Shown here one piece after another: positions 1 to 13,510 of a stretch of 28,807 bases of DNA. The stretch covers positions 248,001-276,807 of the forward strand of contig JAPEUD010000026.1 in the NCBI GenBank assembly GCA_026026165.1, written 5' to 3'. This DNA comes from Sarea resinae (lineage: Eukaryota). The translations under genes were made by a program, and so were the position numbers. The notes beneath the pieces were generated by a model. The model was not told the origin of the DNA. It did not search any database and saw only the letters and a program-made list of their open reading frames with translations. How positions within the stretch are numbered: the first letter of the stretch is position 1; the number at the start of each line of letters is the position of its first letter.

Positions 1-240
1 ATGTTCTAATAGAGAGAAGGAGAGAAGAGAGAGTAAAGGAGGTGAAAGAAGTAAGAGAGGTAAAGGAGGTAAGAGAAGTACGTGGGTTGATAGGGCGTTA
101 GGTAGAGAATACCTTGAATGTCATGTTCCTATATAGTATAGTGTAGTATAGTGTAGTATAGATAGGCGTGGTGGATAGGCGTAGAGGATATGTGTAGTAT
201 GTATGTATATATATATGTATGTACGTATTATGTATGCATA
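1..240. repeat. Low-complexity tract: purine-rich (GA/GGA) stretch followed by (TAG/TATG/TA)n repeats
   Basis: About 70 nt nearly all purine at 11-78, then TAGTATAGTG and TATG repeats. Confidence 0.8.
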
Positions 241-659
241 GGCTTGGATTAATCAAGAGAGACATCAATCTACTAATCAACATTTCAAATGGGGACATCG
301 AGATCGAGAGATCGAGAGAGATCGAGCAGCAGAGAGATGTACATATAGAGATAGTTCAGGAGCGAGAAAATAGTAAATACTACCAACACTATAGAGATAC
401 ATCTATCTCGATATATAATTGTATTATCTCCCCCCGCCTCCTTTTTTTTTTTTGCCCACCCCCCAAGAAGAAGTGCCTTTTTGATAGATACTCGAGAAGT
501 CTATTTCCCCCTCCCACCCCGTACTTTGTCCCCGGGCGCCACGGTCCCAAACCCCGATTTCCCCGCCCCAACCCCCCGGGTCCGTCCAGATATTCCAAAC
601 CAAGAGAAAGAAAAAAGAAGAGAAAAAATGGGAAACGATGGTCCGTCTCAGCATATTGT

Positions 660-707
660 CTGCTTGCTTGCTTGCTTTTTGCTTGCTCGCTCGCTCGCTC
701 GCTTGCT
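660..707. repeat. (TTGC)n/(TCGC)n tetranucleotide repeat just 3' of the GH16 stop
   Basis: tgcttgcttgcttgctt...gctcgctcgctcgctcgcttgc. Confidence 0.9.
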
Positions 708-727
708 GGCCCGCACGCCAACTAGCT

Positions 728-1952
728 TTACCAGTGCGCGCCGCGGCGACGACGTTGACCGGCGAGATGCCTCTTCTTGCCGCCGACGATGCCACCCGCC
801 GAGGTACCGTGGTTGGGCAGATTGAGCGAGGGGGCATCGGTGACGGTCTGGTTGCCGGAGCCGGACTTGACGCGCGAGATGACCTTGCCGTTCTCGTCGG
901 CGGACGAGTCCGTGTAGACCTTGAGCGAGTTGATGGTCCAGTAGGCGTCGGCAAAGGCGGACGGGTTCTGGCCGACGTAGTCGGTGCACGTGTCGGCGAG
1001 CGAGGCGCACGAGCCCGTCCACGAGTTGCCCGCCCAGTCGCCGCAGAAGGTCGTGTCGAAGACGATCTGGAGGTCTTTAAAGGACGAGTCGATGGTGCAG
1101 TCGCCCTGGAACTGGGCGACCGGTTCACCCCAGCCGGACGGGTCGGGCGACGACCCGGACACGTCGCTGGGCGCCGAGCCGCGCGTCCAGAACCACACGT
1201 TGATGTCGCTCGACGTCCACTCCATGGCGTAGACGCCGCCGTTGGCCGAGTTGAAGGCCGAGCCGTAGCTGCTCGTGCGCGAGTCCTGGATCTGGCACCC
1301 GTCGTTGCTGCTGCCAGAGCTGTCGCAGTCCGAGAAGATGATCGAGCCCGTGAAGTCGCCGTCGTTGGTGATGGAGCAGCCCGCGCCCGTGTGCAGCGTC
1401 ATGTCGTTTTCCGTTTGGTCGTTGACGCCCTCGACGATGTCGATTTCGCCGTCGTTGGGCCAGTTGGGTCCGACCATCCAGCTAAAGAAAATTAGAGACG
1501 AAATCCACATAGGATGAGATCTAAGCGTACAAGGCGGGCCAGGTACCGCAGATGCCGCCAGGCATGTGGGCGGCATCCAGCACCACGAGGGCGTGGTTGT
1601 AGACCGTGTTGCTGGTGATGCGGACCGAAGGACGGCCGCTGGTCTGGACATTGGTGTGGTCGACGCCCATGGTGACGGTGTCGCTGGTGGTCGAGATCAA
1701 GCCATCGCTCTGGGCAGTGGATTGGTCCACGTAGGTGACGAACCCGTGCGTGGGATCCGAATCCTTTGGAGGCTGTCAGTACGGACCGTCTCGAATGTGC
1801 CGAAAGGAGGCACTCACAGTGAAGAAGGTAAACTGGCTGAAAAAGGTCGACGGATCCGAGTAGTCATCTGCGATGGAATACTGGGCAAGACCCAGCTTGG
1901 CAAGGCCTAAGCCGAGAAGAACGGTCTTCGAAGCTGTCTTGAAGAAGGGCAT
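728..1952 (-). CDS. Secreted GH16 endo-1,3(4)-beta-glucanase (fungal laminarinase-like), ~373 aa, 3 exons
   Basis: Exons 1952-1818, 1763-1531, 1481-728; introns GTGAGT..AAG and GTACGC..TAG. N-terminal signal-like MPFFKTASKTVLLGLGLAKLGLA, then DPTHGFV, CGTWPAFW, catalytic EIDIVE, GGVYAMEW and DTTFCGDWAG, which are typical of fungal GH16. Confidence 0.93.
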
Positions 1953-4900
1953 CTTGCGGTGGAGAAGATATTGATTATCTTCGAAGACAATAGTGTATAT
2001 ATGTGTTTGCTAGATGATGGTGCGGTATCGAAAAAAAAAAAAGAGCAAAGACAAGCTGGAAGCAGAGGGGTAGTTATAGTCGTGGACAGGCTGGGTCAGA
2101 GCTCAAGCTCGAGCTCGAGCTCAAGCTTCAAGTTCTCAGGCATCCCAACCAACAGGGGAATCTCCTCGAAACAGGGGATCATTCTCGGAATCAGCTGGTA
2201 TCAGCGCACGATTCACTGCAATCAGCTCGCTCCGTCCTCTGAGTGAAGATGTTGGCAACAATCATGCCGTCCAGGCATGTTTTCCGGGGGCGGCAAAGCT
2301 CTGGCCTGTCCTAGCTCACGCGGGCCGCCTGAGAGCTAAGCTTTTGCGAAGAGCAGGGTCAGAAGGGGCCAGCCCCCAAGCGCAAGGGACATGGTAGCAA
2401 TCGAGGAATCCATCAGATGGATTTGGGCTTAGCCAGTCAAGGGCGTCTCGTCGAAGTGGCCTGTAGCGCTGTAGCATAGCTTCTTCCACATGCACGCATC
2501 ACGCCTGAGACGTCCACGGCTGCGGCAATTAGGGACTTGGGGGGGGGGGCTTCTCCATAGACAGATGCTAGACATGGATGATTGAGCATGGACCCGATTC
2601 GGGTGAGGTCGCAGTCCAGGAACAGAGAGAGAAGCGACCGAGATGAGAGATGAGAGATGAGAGAGAAAGAAGAAATTCACGATCGACAAATGGGGGCTGG
2701 ACTGCCAACCCGGCTGGCCCCGTCGATGAAACAGAGAGCAAATGGTCCAGGGACGCGGTGGAGTCGTGACCGTGAGTAGCAGTGAGCGCTGCAAGGTACG
2801 GTAGCAGGGAAATCATGCTCGACATGCATGGAGAAGCTCTGGCGAGAGTCGAAAGTTGGAAGGAAAGAGGCGTCTGCGACGTGTGATTCGCTTCTAGGGC
2901 CCCGGATCGGTGGCCGCGTGGAAAATGATAGATTCCCAGGATGTCGATGGCGTTCGAGATGTTCGAGACGTTCGAGACGTCCTGCTAAGCTTTCGGCGAT
3001 TAGCCTCCGTCCGTCGTGCCAGTCTCTCGTTACATTGGCTTGCCCGTTCATTAGCTGCTAGAGGGAGGAGGTCAGGTAAAGCATCGACCATGCGTGTGCC
3101 CTTGGTCGATGGGGCCATTATCAGATAACGATCTAGTGAGGACGCATCTGGACCCTGCCATGTCGAGGCTTGACGATAGAAGATCGAAGATGCAAGATGA
3201 GCGTCACCATCCATGCATCTGTTTCCTCGCCATGGTCCGGCATCTTCACGCTCTGCAACAGGACGGCCGAAGCGGCAAAAGGGGCAGAGAGTGAAGAGAG
3301 GGACGGATCGAGCGGCGAAGGCCGGGGTGAGCAGTCGAGACGACGCATGTGGCTGAGAGGAACATGGCCTGAAACGGCCATTGATCCCATCACCATCACC
3401 ATGACCATCATGATTATCACCACCACCACCACCCACCACCATCAACCCCTGTGCTCCGTAGGCTGCCCCCCTACTCGGTACTTGCTCCCCGCATCACAGA
3501 GGTCGAACACCGTCTCATACCGTACCTACCACCCACCACCCACCCAGACAGGTGTCTCCCACGCTCCCCACGGCCTTCCCGGTGTCCCATTCCCATGCGC
3601 CCCTTTCACCTTTCATCCACGCCCGTGGTCAGGTCCGTGGTCGTGGCCGTGAATTGTCCCCGTTGCAGAGATCGTCCGTCCATCGGATCACCACGGTCGC
3701 CCTGCGCTTGAGGTTCCAACATCTCCGCACTGCCGGTCGCGCGTCCGATCTCGTAGCTCGTACCCTCCAGCCACTGACATCGAAGGACTTCTTCATCCAC
3801 GGCAGACGATCTGTCGGTCGCCTTATGGGACATGCAGGTGCAGGTGCAGGTGCAGGTATGCCTGTTGTACAAAGTATCCATGTAATCCTAAACCTCTCCT
3901 CTCCAGCTCCTACTGCAACTCGGACGAACACCACCACCACCACTTCGTCTGGTCGTCTCCAAGATCACGCACGCGCCCGCCGCCCGCATCCTGTGCCTAT
4001 CCAAGACCAAACAAGGGCAAGGGGTCTCAGCCTTTCCCTCGGACTCTGAGGACTCTGGAAGCGTGTGAAGTCTTCTGGACTTTGGACTGACTCCTAGTTC
4101 CCTGACTAAAACGTGCACACTACTCAGCCTAGTATACTGCGTAGTACTGCACTCCGGAGTAGTCTCCGCTACCTTACTCCTTACGCCGTACTCCGCTCCA
4201 CCCATTGAATAGTCTTGACAACGTGAATGGAACAGAGGCGGACGATATTCCGCTCGATTGTAGACCCGACCCGTGCCTATCATCTCCTGCTTCCTTTCTC
4301 CTTCCTCTTTCCCCGTCTCCATCCTGCATGAGAGAGTGAGGACAGTGATCGAAGCCAGCGCGCATGTCCATAGTCTGTACGTAACGCACGTAAACACGAT
4401 GAACACCACCGGATTCAGGCCAACGACTACTCTACCGCCAGGACATCATCTCTCAAAGGACGGCACCGGCGGCGGGGGCCTTAGCCCAAACCATGGCGAT
4501 ACATAGTTCAACGGCTACGGTGACATGGCGCGGCCGGGTACCCAAGGTATACTCTACCGGCGCACCTACCTTACTCTACTCTAGGTACTTACTAACTCTA
4601 CCGGCTCCATCATAGCAGAGTACGGACACAGTAGTAGGTAAAAGTATCATGCAAGGCACCGGCGCTTCGACCCAGAGACGGGAAGGGCTTGGAAGTCCAA
4701 GTCGAGGTCGAGGTCGATCGAGGTCACGATGGGAGTCAGCCAGCCAAAGGTACGAGCGCACGCACGCAATAATGTATTCTCTTCCCAGCTTCTCTCCGCT
4801 GTCCCGATGCCATCCATCGTCGCCATCATCGCCGTTGGTCGTAGCCAAGGTAGCCGACAAAAAGATGCAATTGTCCACCTGTGCCTCATGCAAAGCATCC

Positions 4901-6225
4901 ATTCCGCCAGCCAGCCAGCCAGCCATGCGGACGGGAAGCCATCAGCCATACCCGTCCAGGCGCCCCTCGCCCCTCGCCGCCCGACGATCGCCAACGACCA
5001 ATTCGCCGTTTTCGTCGTAGAACGAATGCCCGAAATGGAAAGATGATATGTAAGGCTGTAGAGTAGGCCCGTGGGCGGCATAGAGAGCCCCAAAAGAAAA
5101 GAAAAGAAAAGAAAAGAAACACGTACATACCTACCCATCAATAAGGACGAATAGGACAAATGCCCTCTCCAACCTCCCTACCTACCTAGGTACCTACAAT
5201 ATCTACTAACCTACATGTTGGTTTGTCACGAGCCCGCACGGCTGCTGCCATTGTGTTAGTACATAGTAGTGGCCGTTGTCGTCGTTGCCGTCGTCGTTTG
5301 TTGTCGCCGTCGTTATCGTGCTCGTTGGTGATCTATCTACCTATCTCGGTATCTATCTTGCCGCCCTACGAACGAACAATGAATGGAATGATCCCATCGA
5401 GTATCGATCGACGGGCGGATCTGCTTTGGGAAGGTCTCATCGCGCGGTATCCGTGCCTGCTGTACCTGACCTAACCCATCACAACTCTTCTCTACCTACC
5501 TTAAGGTACCTTTCCTTACCTAGAGCTGCACCGAGCTGCACCGCACGCACGTAGATTACCTACCTAAGGGACCTAAGGTACCTAGGTAGGGCCCAGAAAA
5601 CGGCAGCGAAACGAACGAACGAAGGAAGGAACGAACGAGCGTAGCGCAGACCATGTTGGGCCCGAGTTGGTTTCGACCGATCGGGTGATGCTCGGACGGC
5701 TCCATTCCACTATCGTATGAAGTATTACATGACTCCGGAATGTACAGCGTACTACTGTGGTACTATGGGGGCCTGCCTCTTCTTTCCGGAAAGAGCCATG
5801 CATACATGCATCATCGACTCTTGGCTGCTACTCGATTCCCAAAGGAGAATCACGCGGGACACAGACCGTAAGGCGGACAACGATCACGACGACGACGGCA
5901 ACAACAACAACCGCAATGACGGCCCGATAGCAATTTACGTACGTACGTAGGCACTTGAGTTCTTGATTTTCTTGCGGGCAAACTATGTAACGGTCATGGT
6001 TGTATAACTGGCCTGTGGGCGAAAACAAAACCCCCCTACAGACACGCACAGCACAGCAGGGAAAACGGAACAGACAAGATGCAATCAGAGAAAAAATACT
6101 CAAACACAAATAAAACAGACATCTGCTTGCTACTCGAACAAAGTTGGGCGCTCGCTAATACAACAAGAAGAAAGGGAAATGAATTAGTCGTAGTCGGGAT
6201 GGATGATTATTACGGCGTGATCGAT

Positions 6226-9200
6226 CTATCGACATGTAGGACATCCGAGCCCCGATTCCCCTGGATCATTATGCGCACCGGAACCAACAGCAGTAGCGCT
6301 AGTGGTGGTGATGCTGGTAGTAGTCGGAGCTGTAATCGCACCGTCTGATGCCGCCACCCGTAGTGTCTCCAGACATCTGGTATGCACAACGTGGCCGCAC
6401 GCAAAGACGATCAAGGGGCCCAGATCTTCCATGGGCACGACGGCGTTACCTTCAGGGCCACCACCGAGCATCGCAGCTTCGTTCTCATCCTCCCCTGCGG
6501 TGCCATGGCCAAGATGCATGCCGCCGGCCTCGGCCATGATCGAGATTGGATCGCCTTCGACATCGCTGGTCGCCCTACCCTTTCCCCTCTCCAACGATCG
6601 AGACGACAGCCCTTGGGATTGTTGTATTCTTCTCCGTGCCTTTCTCTTCCGCTCCGCTTCCCGTCGTTTCTCCCAGGCGTGCCACTCGTTGCCACCCACG
6701 CCCGGCCCCCATACTTTCCGGTTGCAGCCTTCGCACGTCTGATCTCTTGCTCGCCAACCTCTTTGTCTGAGATCGGCGGCCTCCGTGACGTGTACAAAGA
6801 GGTCCTTATCGAGGAGTCGATTCGCCAGGGCAAGGATAGATTCTTCATACGCGTAAGCTGAGAAAATCGTCGCAAGGACGCCGCGGAGGTCCGAGAGCGA
6901 AGGGGATGAGAGAGAGGCCCGTGCCAAGAAGGCTTGGAGAATTCGAAGGAAGGAGAAGTCAGTGTGGACAGCCGTGCCATTTGGAGTGGCTTTAGGCGTG
7001 ATTTGAGATGTCGTCGCAAGCAGAGCGGTAAACGTCTGCTGAACAGCGGTCCGAAGCGAACCGGTGAGCTTTATTGATGGTGAGGATGGGGTATCTGCAT
7101 TGCTTCCCTCTGAGTCTGACTTTTGCTGGATCGCTGCCGAAGCATTCTTGGTGATGCCGACGACCGTGTCTATGAGATCAAGCCAAAGAAGCTCCTCGTT
7201 GGACATCTCTTGCTTTGCAGAAGACAATCCTTTGCCATGGTTTCCCGTTGATACGGTTTTAGATTTCAGAACCGTCTTCATGTGGTTTTGGCAAAGCCAG
7301 ATTCCCACCTGAGTATACTTGTGTATTGCCTCTGCAAGATCTTGAGCGCTCTCGTCGGCCTCTGCACGATTGCTGTCGCTGGTCTCCACACCAAGGACGC
7401 CCATCAATGCCGCTTCCAGCGTACCGAAATGCTGTATGAGCCGGTCCATGGCTTGCCTGACCTTCCCTTCCCTAGCCATGAGGACAACTGCGGCATCAAC
7501 TACTCCGGTGTTCTCTATAGCCGGAAGGACCTCCTCCAGTCTCAGATCTCCCGATTGCAGAAGGTTGATATAGTCAGCAACATGGGAACGATCATACTCA
7601 CACATCAATCGAACGTATTGCTCAACAAAGGCATGATTGGGTGTCTCGCGATCCGTACGGAAGACCCCAGAAGATTGATCTTCGGGTTCTAGAATGGTTC
7701 GAAGGTATTCGAATTGCGCACAAGGATTGTCACTGAGCGCATCCAACATGGTCTGATGCAGGTCTGGGGCGTAAGCGGCAATAGCCATTGCAGTCTTCGA
7801 AGTGTCGATATTTGCGAGTTCCCGAGCATTTTTGATGATTACAGAACGTACTTCACGGCTTTGTCGGTCATTGAGACCAGTGCGAGGTCGCAGGCAATCG
7901 CCAATGCACTCGAATATAGCTTGCTGATTATCGTGGTCGTCGAAATACGTCTGCAGTAAGTCGGCGTACCGTTTCTCCTCCTTGAACAAAGACTTCAGCA
8001 CCCTGTAAAACCCGGCATTTCGGAATCGTGGCACTAAAGAAGTAAGGTCCGGCGGATGGTACATCGACATCAGATACTCGACGCTGAGCTGGCAATCGTC
8101 GGCGATATCGATTGACGGATATTCGCAAAGGTCCAAGAGAACGCGATGCAAAGTCGTACCGGGCAGAAGAATAAATTGTGGAAATTTTGGTAGGTTCCGA
8201 GCAATAAACATCGCCAGGTATATCGTGTCTTCCGAGCCGAAATTCTGAGGTGACAGCACTTCTAGAAGAATGCTGACAATAAACTGACGATTCACCGATA
8301 GCCCAAAGACCTCGTCGTCTCCCAAGTCTCGTCGTGTCCCACCGTTGACCATACTTTCGCGTTCGCCGTTCAAAAAGCTGTCCTCAAATGCTTCGTTCAA
8401 AGCACTCAACAAGCTTGGTGCGTCAAATTGAAGTATCATTCGTAGATATGGAAATGAGGGCTCTGGCTCCTGGGCTGGTCGCGTAAGGACGGGCTTGCCG
8501 GACTCCTTTGGCCATGCGATTGTCCTTCCAGAGAACAGGAAGTAGTAAATTTGCGCCTTTCCCTTCGAGGCTTCGAGTTCTGGCAACGTCTCTCCGTTTG
8601 GATAAATACGGCTGGTCAATGCGTATGAGAGATATGGGAATATCTTCAAAGCATAAACAGACGAGTACGGTTCCTGTACCTTCTCTCCATTGACGGGCGT
8701 ATCTCGTGGGGGCGGGGGCTTGAGCAGAGAGAGTAGCTCAATGAGAGGGGTGATGTAATCTCCCATTGCTCGATTCCATACGTAGATCAATGCGTCATAC
8801 AATTTGTGCTTTCTGCACATCGTCGTAATCTGGTCAAGATCCATAGTTCTTGTGTCCAGATGGCAAATCATCTCTTCCATCCTTGCTTCAAGGCCTTTAG
8901 AAACATAGTGATTTATGAGATCCTTGATGACCGTCGGAGGAACAGATTGAATAGAAGAGTCCAAAATATAAGGCTCGAGAGCTTCGAGGAAGACGCCTGC
9001 CGACGAGCTGTCTGAATAGCGTTCGTAGACCTCGTCGAAAAGAAAATCAGTATCGTCCATGCTGATGCATGCCAGTAAACACGAAGCTGCCAGCTGATCC
9101 AGTTGGCGCTTCTCAGTCTGCCTTGCCCCTGCTCTGTCACCCGATCCAAAAACGTACTTAAGGGAGGCGGACATCATATCGATAAGCTTTTCCTGGACCA

Positions 9201-11254
9201 TAGAATGCCTATGCATATCATCTTCCGGTAGGCCGACGGTGAGTTTGTCGCCTTCACCTATGTAGTAAGCAGTCGCGAGCTCGATGGCGCCAACGTAGTC
9301 CCCCTCTTCCATGAGCGCAAGTAAACGATCAGCCCAATTAGACAATGTTCCCACCCAAATATCAAGAAAGCCCAATAGAAATATGCGGCCCTTGTAAGCC
9401 CTAAGACTCATATAGAAAGCATCAGCTACTGGTCCATTTCCGAAAGTATTATCAACATCGCCTTCGATATCGGGTGGCTGCAATTGTCTTGAGAACAGAT
9501 CTTGATGGAAAATTTGTCTTTGCATCAAGTCAAGGGACTCCGTCGTACGCATTGAGTTGTCCTCTAGTATGATGAGACGCTGCGTAATAGTAAGCACGGC
9601 AAGCACTGATCGACTTATCCACTGCACGGCTGCAATGGCTTCGTCGGCTCGCCATCGGCTTCGAGGATGGAATTGAAGGCTTGGTGGTCTATCTCTGTCC
9701 GCCGTCTCATGCGCTGATACATCGTTCACTTCCAGGACAGTAAGAATATTTGACCAACAGTAAACAAGCTTTGGCTTTGATACAGCCTCAGGCGCCGATG
9801 GATCTTTAAGCTTCAGTTTGACTGATGGAAACCAAGCGAGGCATCCGCTCATTGTGCTCTGTTCATTTATCTGTTTCGGTCGCGCGGCCTTGTGCTGCGT
9901 CTGCGCGATTGGAGTTGTTGAAACAATGACGAGAAGGTATGGTGTGAGCATGGCGACCAAACCTAGACTGTCAGTGGATTGCTCCGCGTTCCCCAAGGGT
10001 AATGGCGAAAAGGCTAGCACTGAGCTAGGCTTGCGAGGCCGGCTTATTGATGGCATATCACTTGGATAACGACCAAGAATACGGGTCGTTACCACCGTTC
10101 TACCAACAGCACCCAGACCTCTTGTCGCAAGGTGCGAAAATGCCATCCCCCTATTATCTGCTGAGACCAAAGCGGTTCGTCGGGTACCAAGGAATCCTAT
10201 ATGCAGAACTGCGGCCCCGAACACATGCCCATCATCCTTCCGGTCGAGTAATTGAGCCGAATCAATAGACGGAATATGCAAGAATGGCCGAGCAGATCGT
10301 GCGATTTCCCATGTAAAGATACTACCATTGACGTGGCCACCAGCTACAGTTGTGTGATCGGCTGATATTGCCAGCGATGTGATTGCCCCAGCCTCGACAG
10401 CTTTCCAAATTAGGTCCTGGTAACTTGCAAAGGGAGATTCTTCGACTTACCCTTTGTGCCTTGTCCAATGATAGACTTTAGAGTCTGATGGTAGTCAAAT
10501 ATTAAGATAATGCCCTTCGAAGTTCCCACGACAATGGAAGTTGATACGGAGATGCAAGAAGGTCGGCCAAAATTCCTTTTGCCCCCCTCGGAGAATGCTT
10601 GCCCGGATATCTTCCTGAGCCTCGTCCATCGCATAACCTCCCAAGGCGCCGGCGGGGTCTCAGCATCCCCCTGATCTCTGAAAAGTTGGCTTGAGAGAGA
10701 CGATTGCCGGGAATGAATATTCAAGAAAGCAGGGGAGAGTGCCCGCGGCGAATCCAACGGCGACAGAGAGAGGCGCGACTGGAACCGTCGATCGAAAGGC
10801 CGAAGGGATGGAGTTGGACTTTGGCGAGAAATAAAGGCACTGCTACTAGGAGTCGATGAAACAGAACCCTTTTATGATCAGTATGCGGCCTCCTTGATAG
10901 CATATGAATAGACCATACCTGACGTGAAGGAGTGTCGTCTGGTGTTGAAAAGGCCCCTTCCACACTCGGCGGCCTGTAAGAGCCCGGCTTTGGAGAATGT
11001 GCGGGCTCATCATCAATCGAGTCTTCCTCCGCGTTTTCTAACTTCCCATATCCGTGAAATGTGTCTCCATTGGTCTCCAATCCGGCTCCGTGGTTTCGCT
11101 CCTGCTCTTCCCGTAGCCACTCTACGAGCCTCGAGGGCTCTTCATCCGTACCAACATTGACACGTCCCGATTTGTCGTCATCCATCTCCCCGTGTTCTTC
11201 CAAGACCTCGTGGACATGGTTCCCCACTTCAGCCTGGTCTGGCGTGTGGCTCAT
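6226..11254 (-). CDS. VPS8: Vacuolar protein sorting protein 8 (CORVET subunit), ~1642 aa, 3 exons
   Basis: Exons 11254-10919, 10868-10451, 10400-6226. WD40-like N-terminal part (WEVMRWTRLRKI, GTSKGIILIFD, ITSLAISADHTTVAGGH), Vps8/CHCR region (LDQITTMCRKHKLYDALIYVWN..DYITPL) and a C-terminal RING-like motif (CEGC..CGHVVHTRC..CPTC). Confidence 0.93.
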
Positions 11255-11857
11255 CGGGATTGATCTTGTGTGTGCATTGCTTCAGCTTCAGCGATGCCAG
11301 GTAAATAAGCGCTCGAATATGAGATCCTCCGTCTTGTGGAAAAGCGGACCCAGATATCCGAGGCCGTTCAGAGCCAGGGAAGACGGCAGCAGTATCGATA
11401 TATGGCCTTGTGTCTCTTGAGCGCAGCCCTTGTCCGCAGATCGCAGGCCCAGTATTGCTCTATCGCTCAAGCCGCGCGCCCCATGTGTTGCTGCTGGGCT
11501 TGCTGCCGAAACGAGAGCGGCCCGAGACTGGATGGTATCAACTCTTAGACTCTCTTCCTTTCCAGACGGCCTTCGACCAGGACTTTCTTCGTATATCTAC
11601 AGATGAAAAGATCCAGCAGTTGCGCGGTCCATTACAGCTCCCTGAGCGGAGCCTCAAAAGTCGCTGTACATAGTACTAGGTTGGATTACTTATGGCCGAA
11701 TGGGGGCTGGCACCGGAGTCGCCTATCGTCAATCATGGAACTTGCCGAGATATCTACTCCGTACAGAGAGCTCTCGAGTAGGTCTGGATGCTATCCATTT
11801 GCGACAATCTCCTCTCATCACTTTTATAAATCCCTACGAATACCTGCGCAAGCCAAA

Positions 11858-12827
11858 ATGCCTCCTGTAGGGCCTGAGCTTCCGCCCCATTTGCTGGCAA
11901 AGAGGAAGCGTCAGGCTGAAGAGGCCGAAAGCGCTTCAGTTGACCGGCCAAGTCGGACTGCATCGAAGTCGCCGAGCCCGGGCAGCTCTGACAAACGGCG
12001 ACGAGTCGTTGGCCCCTCGCTACCTCCGGCCCCTCTGGATGAAAAGCCCCTAGAAAGCCCCAATCGTGACGAAGAAAGTAGCAGTGATGACGAGATCGGG
12101 CCTGCTTTGCCTCCTCCATCTGGTAGCAAGGTATGGGCAGCCACGATCTCTTTGGCGCATCAGTAGCTAACAGCAACAGCCGAACTATGGAGATCAGAAC
12201 AACTCAACCTCAGTCTTTGATCGCTCCTGGGATCCAGACCCGATCAAAAAACCGCAGCGAGAAGAATGGATGTTGATACCGCCGAAGCAAGAAGATTGGT
12301 CGTCGCGAGTCGACCCGACGAAGCTAAAAAATCGTAAATTTAACTCAGGGAAGGGTGCAAAAGCCCCTGCACAGAAATCTGGAGATGATCATACTATTTG
12401 GACGGAAACCCCGGAGCAGAAGAGAAAAAGACTGGAAGATGAGGTCATGGGCGTCTCGAAGCCAGCGACCATGGGTCCAGGGCCCGGTCCAATACGCAGA
12501 GACGATGCCGAAAGTGAGGAAACAGAAAGGAGGATACGGGAGTACAATGTAAGACGAGTCTCTTGGGCATCGGTGTCTTTATAGCTCATTTGACGTGCGG
12601 TATGCTGATGTGATTGCTTCGAGCAGGAGAAAAATCGAGGGAAGTCACTTTACGATGAGCATAAGAAACACGTTCCAAAGGACGCCGAGGATGATCCCAG
12701 CAAGCGGGCGTTTGACAAGGAGAAAGATATTCGAGGCGGCCAGAAGATCGGATTTACGCAGAAAAAGGAGATGTTGAATCGTGCTGCAGATTTTGGGTCT
12801 CGTTTCGCCAAGGGCTCATTCCTGTGA
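11858..12827 (+). CDS. GPALPP-motif / DUF3752 family protein, ~280 aa, 3 exons
   Basis: Exons 11858-12130, 12180-12548, 12627-12827. Repeated GP(E/S/A)LPP motifs, REEWMLIPP, IWTETPEQKRKR, RGKSLYDEH, RAFDKEKDI and a C-terminal SRFAKGSFL. Confidence 0.85.
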
Positions 12828-13510
12828 ATTCTCGCCCTCACATAGATGCCCAGTGCCTGTAGATAGACAAAGCTCCTGTAATGTGATGGCCAACTCGTTG
12901 ATAGTGACTTGCATGCAAATGGAAAAGGGAATGTCGCGATTTGCGAAGAGCTCTGACGCTTTTCCAGGCTGCCTGGTGGCAGGTAATTACCGGATGCGGT
13001 AACTCTGGACCCTTGCATGATGCGATGATAAGGATAAGGCATCAAATTGAGTCGTCCCCCAACAACATCGCATCCCGTTGTCAACTTCTCCAACCTTCAC
13101 TAGGACCCGTCCCCTCCTTTCAACCTCTCCAAATTCTCGCGCCTTTCCCTACAGCCATTCATTACATACGGTAGAGCTCATGCATCTCGCCAAGCTCCCG
13201 AGTCTATCGTTTATGCGCATTGTTTTGACGCCGACGCATTGACCACTGTGTTTGGCGTGCCCTGCCCGAAACCTTCAATGACTGGATATTGGTACTAGAC
13301 ATTCGTTCTTCTGGACGTCTCTACCGGCGAGAACCTGGTCTTGATACTGGCCGTCGCTCATTCTTCGAAGGTTGTATCTCTTTCTCCACTCATTCACCAT
13401 TCACCTTAAACCAGAGAGGCCTCCCTTCGAGATACTCAACGCTTAGGGCCCTTTTCAAGGTTGAAATTTGATCCAATCGTCGTCGGTCGGTCGTCGACTA
13501 TCACTCATTT

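Noticed and set aside
638..1495. 285-aa + strand ORF and other frames overlapping the GH16 gene
   Set aside because: Antisense or alternate-frame shadows caused by very high GC3; no recognisable motifs.
2429..5554. Many 60-180 aa ORFs in the long intergenic region
   Set aside because: Low-complexity translations of simple repeats, mostly non-ATG starts, with no domain signatures or coherent splice pattern.
11603..11857. N-terminal extension of the GPALPP ORF from ATG 11603
   Set aside because: Conserved-looking sequence starts at MPPVGPELPP (ATG 11858, good AAAATG context, TATAAA at ~11825); the upstream part is probably promoter or UTR.
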